A DNA stretch of 20,000 bases, from the NCBI GenBank assembly GCA_013115125.1, contig JABANN010000020.1, forward strand, positions 109,833 through 129,832. Direction: 5' to 3'. Under the pieces are notes generated by a model. That model made no database searches. It saw only the letters and a list, made by a program, of their open reading frames with translations, and was not told the origin of the DNA. This document shows, piece after piece, positions 1-10,151 of the stretch. Made by a program: the position numbers and the translations under genes. Positions within the stretch are counted from its first letter, which is position 1. The number at the start of each line of letters is the position of its first letter. The stretch comes from Perkinsus olseni (Eukaryota).

Positions 1-939
1 GAATGGGAATCTGGTTGAGCAATCAAACAGGATGCATCTTGTCGAAACCACTGAACTTCAGGGACAACAAGGCCATTCCCAATAGCGACGCCCTTGAGAT
101 TGATCTTCGACTTCTGAGCATACATTTCCTGTGCCATAGCCGGTATGTAATGACCTATGATGAGCGAAGACAAATGGCGGTTTGTGAAGGAGTCACCAAC
201 CACCATTACCTGCATATGACTGCCCCACGAGAAAGACCTCGGTGTTGTACTTGGGGTTCTCGCTGAAGAACTTCTCCAAAGCAACGAGACTGAAACCAGC
301 GACGCGGAAGAGGCTAACTACGGTCGAGATGCGCTTCCTCTACGTGGACTTCGCTGCATCAATCGAGTTAGTCGGTGGAGTGCCCTCACTGAAGCCCACA
401 AGAGCAGGTTGATCGATGTACATGACATTGGCGAAGCTGTTGAAGGAGTATCTAGAGGTCGAGGCAGGAGTGAAGACGCTTCGCTGAAGGCCCAGGGGAA
501 TTCAGCTGCTCACTTGTTGATGGTGGTGTCGGTACCAGCATCATTAAGAATGCAGGGCCCTCCGTTCCCAGAAGTCACCGAGTACATACTGCTAGCGCCG
601 GGGCCTCCTTGGAAGAAGATTACCAGAGGGCTTTTGTCGGGAGCCTGACGAGACTCGAAGAGCCAGTAGAACAACCTGATACGGATGGTAACAACCCAGT
701 GAGCTTCATCACTCACTCGGCATCGCCGATGCCCTTCAGGTGACCAAATAGTTGAGCTACTTGGTCATCACACAAACCCCCGTTTCCTGCCAGGGAACGA
801 TTCCGTTGCTCTGAAAAGGTAAAACGGTAAACATTCTAGGCGTCTCTCAGCACCCGCCGCCCCCAGGCCCTCTCGAAGCCAGGTTCCTCGAGATAGACGC
901 AGCCAATGTGGCAAGGATTAACTTCAGCAGGGAGACCAT
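1..939 (-). CDS. Serine carboxypeptidase (peptidase family S10), multi-exon, 3' end runs off the window
   Basis: Manual splicing from ATG at 939 gives signal-peptide-like MVSLLKLILATLAAS..., then GLCDDQVAQLFGHL, LFYWLFESRQAPDKSPLVIFFQGGPGASSM, YSFNSFANVMYIDQPALVGFS, FLVGQSYAGHYIP (catalytic Ser motif, cf. GESYAG) and INLKGVAIGNG. Exons are joined by short in-phase GT-AG introns. Confidence 0.95.
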
Positions 940-2821
940 TTTGCGCAGATAGGCAGAGGATTATGGTGGTGGTGAGCGGTAACGCCTGAATGCGGAGGGT
1001 GATATTTACTGGATAACTCTCCCCGCCGTGGGTACGGGACAATCAGTGTCCTTTCTAGCCGCGTAGAGATCACCTTCTCCACAACGGCACTGGCAGCCTC
1101 TCAGCCCCAGAAGATACTCTCCACGACAGGAGGGTACTCTCGGGGAGACTTCTACTCAACACGACCAGTACCCTGCTGTGAGTTTCACTAGTAGTCCAGG
1201 ATACGGTCCGTACGCTGCTTGATACATCAGTGAGACACTGTCCCGGGGACAATCCTAGACTCGTCCGCTAGGTTTGATCTTCTTGAACCTGGCCACGGTC
1301 AGTCTTCATCGTGCCTCGATTCGCCTCCGCATGGGATTTAACATCGGCCACGGTAGCGGTCAACGGCATGTCAAGGCCACTGGCAGTCCAGCAACGGTCA
1401 GCTCGTCAACGGGCGACGGTCACCTCGTGGATATGCTCGCAACTAGCCTTAGCGTATGCGTGCGACTGTGTCGACCGCGTACCTAACAGTAGAAGAGTAG
1501 AATTCGAGAGAGGCAGTACTAAGGATACCCCTCTCCTTTGCCTCCAGCTTTATCACATGTCGAAATCAGGGTAGACTGATGTATACGACAGTACTCGAGA
1601 GTCTACACTTGAGGTCTCCGGTAACCATTATTCTACTGGAGACCAGAGGCCGTGTATCAGAGCCAGTAGACCAACACAGACACAACCGATTGGCAAGTGG
1701 CGCTGAAAGAGGGCTCACTTCTGTTGCTCTCACGAAGCAGCAGGTTATACAATGTAGCCGACTTTATATCTCTAAAATCTCTCTCTAGCAAGTGAGGGAC
1801 GCTCCAGCTTCAACACAGAACCACTCATATAGAAAAATACTCGGAAGTCGTGTTTCGAGATGGGTTGAGGTTCTCAACTTGACTCAAGTTACTTGAGAAT
1901 TTCTCTTCTCAAACCAGGCAGCTCTTGGTAGGTCTAAGCATGAAAACTTGGCGGGTCCCCTCGCCGCCTCTGCTCATGTCCGCTGGATTTGATGAATCGA
2001 TTCAACAAAAATTCGAAAGAAATTGATTGTGCCTGTACGCACGGCCCTCTCCTGTAGGTTGACTCATCACGTGGCATCAGGAGGAGCTCAACGAGGGCTT
2101 TCCAACGATGCCTATGACACAACGTGACATAAATGCGAGGAACAAGTGGCACAGAACGCCTGTGATAGGTGAACCCTTGTATTGGGATGTTGCGCACTTC
2201 GTGTGCATGCGTGCTTTATCAGATCTATAGCTAATCGGCGCGGCTGGTGTAGTTGGTCGTCGTCCCAGCTCTTAGCGCCCTCTATCGTCACTCCTCTCAC
2301 TAACCACTTAACCTAAGGCTCCTCGCGGTTGTGTTAACTGAATCTGAGCACTAGAGTCACCGCTAGTTATACCCGATACGAACCCTACAACACCCTTCCT
2401 CTACATAATTCCTCTGTCTATCAGGCGACCACTGAATTGTTCTTTGGGACGGTTCTGAGTGATGATATTGTCGGACGGGTAAGTGTTCAGAGCATTGCAA
2501 GAGGAAGTCCGTAGTAGCGCATTCTCTCGTCGACTTGCTGCGTCGCACAGCAGTTGTGTGTCCTGGATTGCCGGCTCGACGTGTAAGTTTGGACGGCTAA
2601 GCACCCACCGCAGCAGCGGCCGAGAGTCCATCGTTATCGGTGTTGGCCTCTGGTGTAGTTCCACATGATGATGAAGTCCCCTGATTTTCGAATTTGGTGC
2701 ACCCTCGGGATCACTAGCCGAACACAACACGAAGTTACTCCGCAAAACGGTTTACAAAATGCACAGCAAGTTCGGAACGGTATCAGTGAATTGGATTCGC
2801 TCATCTCATCTTTACACGAAA

Positions 2822-2862
2822 CTAGCAGAACCCGTCGCTTCGCTCCGGGGGTTCTCTAGCTC
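2822..2862 (-). mobile_element. Helitron-like 3' terminus, copy 1 (GC-rich hairpin followed by CTAG|T)
   Basis: Minus strand reads ...GAGAACCCCCGGAGCGAAGCGACGGGTTCTGCTAG|T, i.e. stem-loop then CTAG. The first 27 nt on + (ctagcagaacccgtcgcttcgctccgg) are identical to 3800-3826. Confidence 0.65.
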
Positions 2863-3799
2863 TTAGTCAGAGGGACCATGTCCCTCGCTGCGCTCGGGGA
2901 ATAGACAGTGCATCTCCGTGAGGGATCAATCGAAAAGGCCAGCACGGAGGACAGAGCGTGACAGTCCCGTGGTTGGAGGGATCGACATGCTTACCGTAAG
3001 CAGTTACGGCTGGATTCATAAGTTTATCTTCCCATCATGTGGTATCTTCGAGCGTTACAGTGAAGGAACTAATAGATGCGATCGGTGGGTGATGGTGCCA
3101 ATCCAAGCAAGATTGAATCCAAGCAAGATGGCAATAATCAAGCATAGCCGACTCGCTCGTTCAGCCAGAAGAATTGTTAAGCAAGAACGGTGGTGATTAA
3201 AACAAGGTTGCAGATCTTCCGCAAAAAATCAAAGAACCGGCTCGGGTCGGTTTCGAACAGGGGACTATCCGCATACGGGTAGTGGTCCGAAGGAGACTTC
3301 AAGAAATCCAAGATTTGAGCACTGTCGGCTGTCAGTCGACAGCTGCGTCTATGGCCGATTCATTCATCACTCTTAGGCCTATACGCGTCGCCCCCGCCGG
3401 TGGGCGGCCGGCTACAAAGTATGGACCGAACTTGACACATACAACCTCCTCATTTGCGTTTCCACGATAACTTGCGTCTCAAACTTCTTTTCTTTACCAG
3501 TATAGATGTCCAGTGGGCCCAATTCATGAATTGAATTCACTCCCCTCAACTCGAGGGCCGTGACGAGTCGCCACTGACGACCCCCACGAGACGTTGCTGG
3601 CAGCATCGCTGCTCAGTCAACAAGCCATCCATCAGCAGCCAATGTGAAGCTGACCCCGCAATTATCATATCAGCTGAGGCTCTGTGCTGCTGGTCATGCG
3701 TTCTCGGGCGGTCCTTACGCGCGCCGTGTATAGGGCTATGGGTTAACGTCCGTGAAACCTGGGTATAAGTTTTGAGTCGAGTCGAGTCATTGACACAAG

Positions 3800-3839
3800 C
3801 TAGCAGAACCCGTCGCTTCGCTCCGGAGTTCTGTAGCTC
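3800..3839 (-). mobile_element. Helitron-like 3' terminus, copy 2
   Basis: ctagcagaacccgtcgcttcgctccggagttctgtagctc is a near-identical direct repeat of 2822-2862, with hairpin + CTAG on the minus strand. Confidence 0.62.
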
Positions 3840-5048
3840 GTTCGCGCTTGTGCGCATGTTCACACCAGTAACGAAACTGCGAATCGCAGTCTGCGATTGA
3901 GAGTGTAGTTGAAATTGGGCTAAGTGAGCATAGGGGCTATATCAGCCTCTCGTAGATCGAAACCTCTCGAAAGACCCAAATGGACTGACATTGTAAGTAT
4001 ACGTCCTCAAGAGCTTCAATGGGGAGGGGTCGCGATGAATTTAGGCGGATGAAGTTAGGAGGCTTAAAGCCGACCTTGTCGCCATAACGAAGGCGATTGA
4101 TCGACCGACAATCGTGACTCCGGCTGCGGGTTAAACCGTCTCGTGATGAGGCGTCTGGGCACTGCCCAGTGGGCAGCAGGCTGAAGGCCATACTGAAGCT
4201 GGTGTATACACCTTCCAAAGATAGCATCGGTAACTCAAAGGCTGGTGTGGCCGTGCGAACTGCCTAGGCTCACGGTATCGAGGCTAAACTGCAAGTACCT
4301 TCTCACTCGAGACGCCCTGGAAGCGGCCAGGTCCCGCTGATAGCACAGTCGATGTGATGCGGTCTTTGATTCTGAGGTGCGATCTTTAGGCTGTTCTTTC
4401 CGCTATTTTGTTCCCACAGCGTCTGTTCTCGGGTTTCTCTGTGAACTTATGCGCGCAGTGGCGTATGGAAGCTTGTTAGTGGAAGGAACGGCCAGCGCTA
4501 TTCGCGTAAGAAGCTCGATGGTAGTTCAGGCGTATGCCTCTACTGTGACTCACGGGAGGAAAAAGATTTCCTTCACCTTCCTTTTCACGCCTCCCGTGGC
4601 ACCGGCCCCGCTCTGAGCTTTAACGCATGATCAATCTTTGTGCAAGTGCGTGCCTTCCTCTGGCGATATTCTATTCAGGGGCAAGGCTTGCCCGGCAAGC
4701 ACCTACCTGCGGCACTAAACCGGAACAAAAAGAGTACGATGCGGCCGTGGGTCGCATCGTGACTTCATTGCCCCGGGGTCCCCCTGCCGGGGTCCGGTTT
4801 CGGTGGACCAGTTGGCGTGAAGGCGGCTGAGAGGCCAACAGGCCGAGCCGCGGCCCAGTATTGGAAAGAATAAGTTGAGAGGATTACAGATAAGCGCGAT
4901 CCATGGGAAACAGTGGGGACCGTAGTGGCCGAGCCAAACTCGATCTCACTCGTAGGGTTGATGTGTGAATCATATAATGTGAATCATGGCAAGACGGCCC
5001 CAGTTTCGTGCGGTCTGGCTTTACGAATTCAGAGAATATCGAAGAACA

Positions 5049-5081
5049 CAAACGATGACCGTCGAGTTATTATAGTATAGA
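5049..5081 (-). mobile_element. Helitron-like 5' terminus, copy 1 (TCTATACTATAATAAC...)
   Basis: Minus strand starts TCTATACTATAATAACTCGACGGTCATCGTTTG. A 5'-TC plus TATACTA-type AT-rich start is typical of Helitron 5' ends. 30/33 identical to 5757-5789. Confidence 0.6.
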
Positions 5082-5207
5082 CTATCGTCGTTGTCGGACG
5101 AATGAGCACGATTAGTTAAAGAAGTAACAGTCATCCTACAACTCCGACTATAAGTCATCTGTACTACTGAAGTTTCAGTAAAAAAATGTGGCAAAATATG
5201 CAAAACA

Positions 5208-5568
5208 TTCCGAGATATTTGGGGTTGATTTCTCCGAACATCCCGATGAACGTTTTAACAATCAGTCCTTGAGCCGGAAAAAATTTACGCGTTTGAACGT
5301 TGTAACCCGCCACATCGTTGGAGGAAATTACGCAGTACCGTTTTATCCCAATTTGTAGAACGGTTTACGGGAGAGTTAGGCGTAGATTTAGATAGACTAC
5401 ACTGACATTTAGTGCGTCATCGTGGTACACGTAGAACTTGCTGTGGATAAGTAATATTCATGAGTAACCAGAATCCGATAGGTTTTATGGAAGACTTGAT
5501 ATGATCAATCTTCCAAACGATTAAAATTTTGCACGCGTATTTGGCGATTGTGATCAAATATCTCGGAA
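5208..5568. repeat. Inverted repeat pair, 14 bp perfect core (5208-5221 / 5555-5568), in an AT-rich segment
   Basis: ttccgagatatttg versus caaatatctcggaa, with an imperfect outward extension to about 24 bp (atgcaaaaca / atttttacat). Confidence 0.75.
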
Positions 5569-5756
5569 ATTTTTACATGGACGGTTTACCCCATATCTTC
5601 GTACACTTCTCGCTCGCCTCTTACTCGTATACCTAGTGGTATAGGGGAAGCTAAAAGGAGGGTATAGGCTCTGTGAGTAGACACGTATAGACGACATACT
5701 TGACAGAAAACAGAGTCGAGAAATTCTAAACGCGGGGTTTTTTAGACCGGATAACT

Positions 5757-5789
5757 CAAACGATGACAGTCGTGTTATTATAGTATAAA
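5757..5789 (-). mobile_element. Helitron-like 5' terminus, copy 2 (A|TTTATACTATAATAAC...)
   Basis: Direct repeat of 5049-5081 with 3 mismatches in 33 nt, preceded by A on the minus strand. Confidence 0.55.
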
Positions 5790-6950
5790 TTCCTTCAATC
5801 AGCCTCTAATTCACAACATACAAAGACACTCCTCTTACGTGAGAATCCGAAGGACAAGAGGCGCGTTCACAAAGATCGTTTCCGACTATACGGTTCCTGT
5901 AACCCCGAGTAGTTCGACAATCTAGGGCATCGCGATTCGATGGTCCAATGCCATACCCTTTTTTCGACATGAACCAACTCGAGTGTGTATGCAACCTGAA
6001 TCTTGAACTTTACATTGAATGAGGTTCTGGAGAGCCTGGGACACCCTGACAGTGCCGGTTGCCGCTTGAGCCGTGAGACCAACTAGTCCTCTTCTCGAGG
6101 CCCACGAGACCCACGAGGCATGCACGCCTTGATAGCTCCTCGCTTGTGGACTTTTGAAATACTTTGTGAAATGAGCAGATCGGCTGAGCTACACGACCAA
6201 GGCAACACACACTCGCCCACCGGCGCGTCATGACTACATTTCACTGACGGTTACGGACACCTTAGGCTGAGATCGACTCTGAACATACTTACTCCCGGGA
6301 CGCGAGTCGCGACCAGCGTGGGTCCAGGTGACCCAGATCCGGCCACGTTGAGCCGATAGGAACGGCGAAGATAGGCGAAGATCGGCAGGTCAATGCACCA
6401 AGGATCAGGCCAATCGAGGGTGATTGGGACGATGCCCCTCGCCCTCTTGCGCCTTGCATGAGGCTTCCTCGTTGCAACGTCTCAGAAACGCGATTCAGAA
6501 CTTTTCTCAACATTAACTATCATAAAGTGAATAAAAGAGTATCCTCACTCCCCTTTCGATACAATTCCGCGTTGTAAAACAATGTGCGGATACTAGGGAA
6601 ACATAGGCTCCTGACAAGCCCAGAGTGCCTTCAATCTGGCAAGGCTCGCTCGACAACGAATGATGCCTCGGAAAGCTCTTGATTTCCGCCCATCGTTACC
6701 GGAGTCGCCAGCATCATACTAACACCACAAACATCTCAGCAGTGGCTGGATCTGGAGCACTAAACGGAGACCGACCCGACCAGAATCGAAGGACCACTAG
6801 AACAATATAGATTTTGCAATGCCACCGATCGTGTACTCCCCCTTATCGAAGGTAACGTACTAACCCACTACTCCCACACAACACTATTTAGAACGCAACC
6901 GAAAACCAGCACTTCAGCAAGAGACCCTTCCGTTAAAAGCCATCAGCCGT

Positions 6951-7469
6951 CTATATCTCGGCGGCCTGGAGCTTGCGGAGACGCTGCATGGAGGCTCTGA
7001 AAACAAAGAGACGTCAGGGAGGACGAGTAGAACAGTGACGCTGTCATTACCGGACAGTAGCCGCAGCAGCGGTAGTCAACTGCCAGCAGCCGCCAGCCAT
7101 GGTCTTCTTGCAAGAGCGGCAAGACCAGATACCACCGGCCTGAAGGAAGCAACAATATCGACGAAAGCTTCAACGAACGCCTCCATGCTGCGCGAAGACG
7201 ATCGGTATTATGAACAACGATGTTTAGTGGCGACCCTGGAGCCAGCTACAGGGTATCACTATAGCTTGGGATGAACCCACCGAGAGATAGACGAAATTCG
7301 CATTGCCCCGAATGATTACCTGACGCTTGACGGAGTCCTTGCCGCAGAAGGGGCAGGTGTACTTCGCCTTAGACTGAGCCTCGAACTTCTTCACGAGCTT
7401 ACGCAGGGAAGCGCCGTAACGGGTTCCGTACTTGCCGGAGATACCAACCTTCTTAGTGCGTCTGGCCAT
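6951..7469 (-). CDS. RPL37A: 60S ribosomal protein L37a (eL43), 94 aa, 3 exons (7469-7320, 7139-7051, 6996-6951)
   Basis: [95 protein letters not shown]4 zinc finger present; GT-AG introns of 180 and 54 nt. Confidence 0.98.
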
Positions 7470-8439
7470 TTTAGGAAGTGGGTCTGTCAGAGAGGACTTC
7501 TGCGGGCCGCACGCTCCGCTATTTCATAATCGATTATCGAGGCGGGCGAGATTCGCTACGACGACGGCGCCGCAAGTCGATCGAGTTCTCGACCATATTG
7601 CTGCCCAGTCGTAGGAAGGCGGAAACTTCACATCCCAGACGTGAGTCCACTAGTGAGTTAGGGAGCACAGCGAGAGCTGGATGTACTGATGAGCCATTAC
7701 CGCATCTTACGAACGTCTCATCGCGGTCCGAGTACAGGATGGCAAGTAAATGGAGAAAGACCAACTCCTGCCGAAACTTTTGCGAACACGCAAACTAGGC
7801 GATTTCAACTGAGGCAATAAGATGATAGTCCAACTGTAGGACTCCAACGCTAGTAGTGATGCAGACTGCGTCACGTCGTTGCTTCGCTGCTTATCCTTGG
7901 TGTGACAATCGTCGAAACTCGAACGAGCACATTCGAATTTCAAATCTTATCGGAGAACGCTGTCGTAGCGCATATGGCATACAGTAGCATTACTAAGGGT
8001 CAGTCGCACATTCATCTTTCGACAGTGCCTACGACGTTGGCACTTCCAGTTGGTTCCAGTTCCAGCTGGGTATGTAGTCCGGGGTCCTATTCAAGTAGTT
8101 TTGCTTTCCGGGTTCCGAGTCGGAGCAGTAGTCAAGGCATGATGATTTCACCGCTTACAAACCGAGTATATTGGACTTTTGATTAGCCATGATGTCGAAA
8201 GATGTCTTAAAGCAAACAGAGGGTTAGAAGAAGTTCGATTAGAATATCGCCGCGAGGAACGAGAAGAATGGTATGAGGAACGCGAAGGTTTCGACGTGTC
8301 TTATGATTGAGGTTTGATTGTAGCAGCGAGAGCTCTACAAGCGTTCTAGTATTCGCAGAGAGCAGCCAGAGCGCAATACTCCACACCCCTACTCCTCAAC
8401 GCAAAACAGGCTCCTGTTTCCTTGTATATTTTACACGTG

Positions 8440-10023
8440 CTACTTTTCAGCAATCAGCCATGCTGTAATGACATAGGGATCGCCGATACCACTCGTTGGG
8501 TCATTCGTCATGTGGGTCTTGACCTTCGGAATATCAAAGGAGGGTTCAGCGAAGAATCGTTTCATGCCCCAACCAGTGGATTGATGTATCTTCGAGAAGC
8601 CAGCCCAGAGTGAGAGTGCTCGATTGCCAGAGGGAAGGACCCTATAGTTATCAGGGTACGCGTAGCCCTTCTCCTTCAGTCGCTGATTGGCCTTTTGACT
8701 ACCACCCAGTGGATGTCGGCGAAACTTTACGGGATTTGTGGAGATAAAGATCCCTCCCTTTTTGAGCACTCGTTGAACTTCTCTGTAACACTGCCACACA
8801 AAGACGCTGTGCTCAATCACCATTTGCATGATGACAAAGTCGAAGGAGCCATCCGCGAACGGCAGGTTCTCGCATATCTCGTGTTGACCTTTATTCCAGT
8901 GAGTGATCACGAACCTTGTGTTTTGCTTGTTGAAGTGCCGCCCCCAGCATTCCAGTCCCCCCACAGGAGGCGAGACATTCAGCAAGTCAGTGTGAGCGCG
9001 TTTGCTCACTTCACTAGTGACTAACCATTGCTCAATTGCATGGTGAGCCGCGATCCGACCATATGATCCCTTGCACGTCTCGAAGTTGTAACGTCCTGTT
9101 TCGAAAATATGCCCTTCAAAGCTCGCGAGCTTTTGCTGCTCGTTTGGCGGCCATGGCACCCCGGCAGACAGGAGTTGTGATGACCATTGTTTGGTCACTC
9201 CACACATACCCATCACAGCCCAAGTAACAAAATAGTTCTCACCATCAGACTTGTACAACTTACCACCGAGATTGACTTCCCTTCCTTCTGTAAATTCGTC
9301 CACACCTTGATTGTCAGTATTCTCTGGACCGTTCTTCGCCATACGCGTCCAGAAGTCCCAGGAGCCCCACCCATCAGAGAACTCGAGTTTACGGCAGCCT
9401 GCCCACTCAGCCATATTTGAAAGTCCCGAGGGCAGAAAACGGAAGTAATCGTGCACCCCTCGTTCAGGCCAGAAGAAAAGGGATAGCATCACGAGATGGC
9501 CTCCCTTGTTGACAAGGCGTGCATAGTTCTGTAGATCCTCCCACGGCCTCGATGAGGACTCCAAGGCGTAGGCCACGATTACAACGTCATGGAGTGAGCC
9601 ATCAAGGAGGTTGCCTGGACTGACCAGCGCACCCTGTGTGAAGCTGAGCAGACACGATATGGCAGAGTTATTCTTATCATCTGATATCACTAGTGTACGA
9701 TTTTGGTGTAGTTTTTGGAACCACCATCCAAACCCGAGCACAATAGGGACAGAATATCGGATGGCACAGCCACGCCACCGCTTGTCGTATGGTAAGAATC
9801 CCGGAGAGTGATACTCTGAATGTGCCAGTGAAGCAGAGGCCACGTTGGAATCATCTGTAAGCTCGCTTGAGGTGAGGTCTGGTACAGGAACCGGGTTGTC
9901 TCCTTGTTGCCAGTTCTCTCTTGAGGTTGAGGATGGCGATACAATAAGGCGAGGGAATGATATCGCAATGATGACGACACCACAGATGAGGATAGCCGAG
10001 AAGATGGCAACTGGGAGTCTCAT
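8440..10023 (-). CDS. Intronless type II membrane protein with two tandem class I SAM-dependent methyltransferase-like domains
   Basis: Long uninterrupted ORF (562 aa from 10128; likely start MRLPVAIF at 10023, after a pyrimidine-rich tract ending in CAG). N-terminal TM helix AIFSAILICGVVIIAISF, then an S/P-rich stem. Domain 2 contains LPFADGSFDFVIMQMVIEH...YREVQRVLKKGGIFI; domain 1 contains the parallel DGSLHDVVIVAYALE...YARLVNKGGHLV...DYFRFLPSGL. Confidence 0.85.
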   Translation of the reverse strand: MRLPVAIFSAILICGVVIIAISFPRLIVSPSSTSRENWQQGDNPVPVPDLTSSELTDDSNVASASLAHSEYHSPGFLPYDKRWRGCAIRYSVPIVLGFGWWFQKLHQNRTLVISDDKNNSAISCLLSFTQGALVSPGNLLDGSLHDVVIVAYALESSSRPWEDLQNYARLVNKGGHLVMLSLFFWPERGVHDYFRFLPSGLSNMAEWAGCRKLEFSDGWGSWDFWTRMAKNGPENTDNQGVDEFTEGREVNLGGKLYKSDGENYFVTWAVMGMCGVTKQWSSQLLSAGVPWPPNEQQKLASFEGHIFETGRYNFETCKGSYGRIAAHHAIEQWLVTSEVSKRAHTDLLNVSPPVGGLECWGRHFNKQNTRFVITHWNKGQHEICENLPFADGSFDFVIMQMVIEHSVFVWQCYREVQRVLKKGGIFISTNPVKFRRHPLGGSQKANQRLKEKGYAYPDNYRVLPSGNRALSLWAGFSKIHQSTGWGMKRFFAEPSFDIPKVKTHMTNDPTSGIGDPYVITAWLIAEK

Positions 10024-10151
10024 GAGGGTAAGGTCGAAGGAAACTGCCGAGGACGGAAGAGGTCCGGATAAGAACGGGTGTGCAGGGACAACGTCGATCG
10101 CATTCGAGCGCAGAACATGAGTCACCATATACTGTACATGATCACAGCTCT

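Noticed and set aside
1040-1490. Coding-like GC-rich minus-strand stretch upstream of the carboxypeptidase
   Set aside because: Stops in all frames and no recognisable homology. It may be a gene relic but cannot be supported.
2401-2745. 114-aa minus-strand ORF
   Set aside because: No recognisable motifs or convincing splice partners.
5806-6513. Several short minus-strand ORFs with a GTAAGT donor-like site near 6290
   Set aside because: I could not build a consistent spliced reading frame or recognise a family.
10024-10128. ORF-track start at 10128 for the tandem methyltransferase
   Set aside because: It lies only 23 nt from the BBS4 stop and the segment looks like a pyrimidine tract/acceptor. 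ATG 10023 directly precedes the TM helix and is more plausible.
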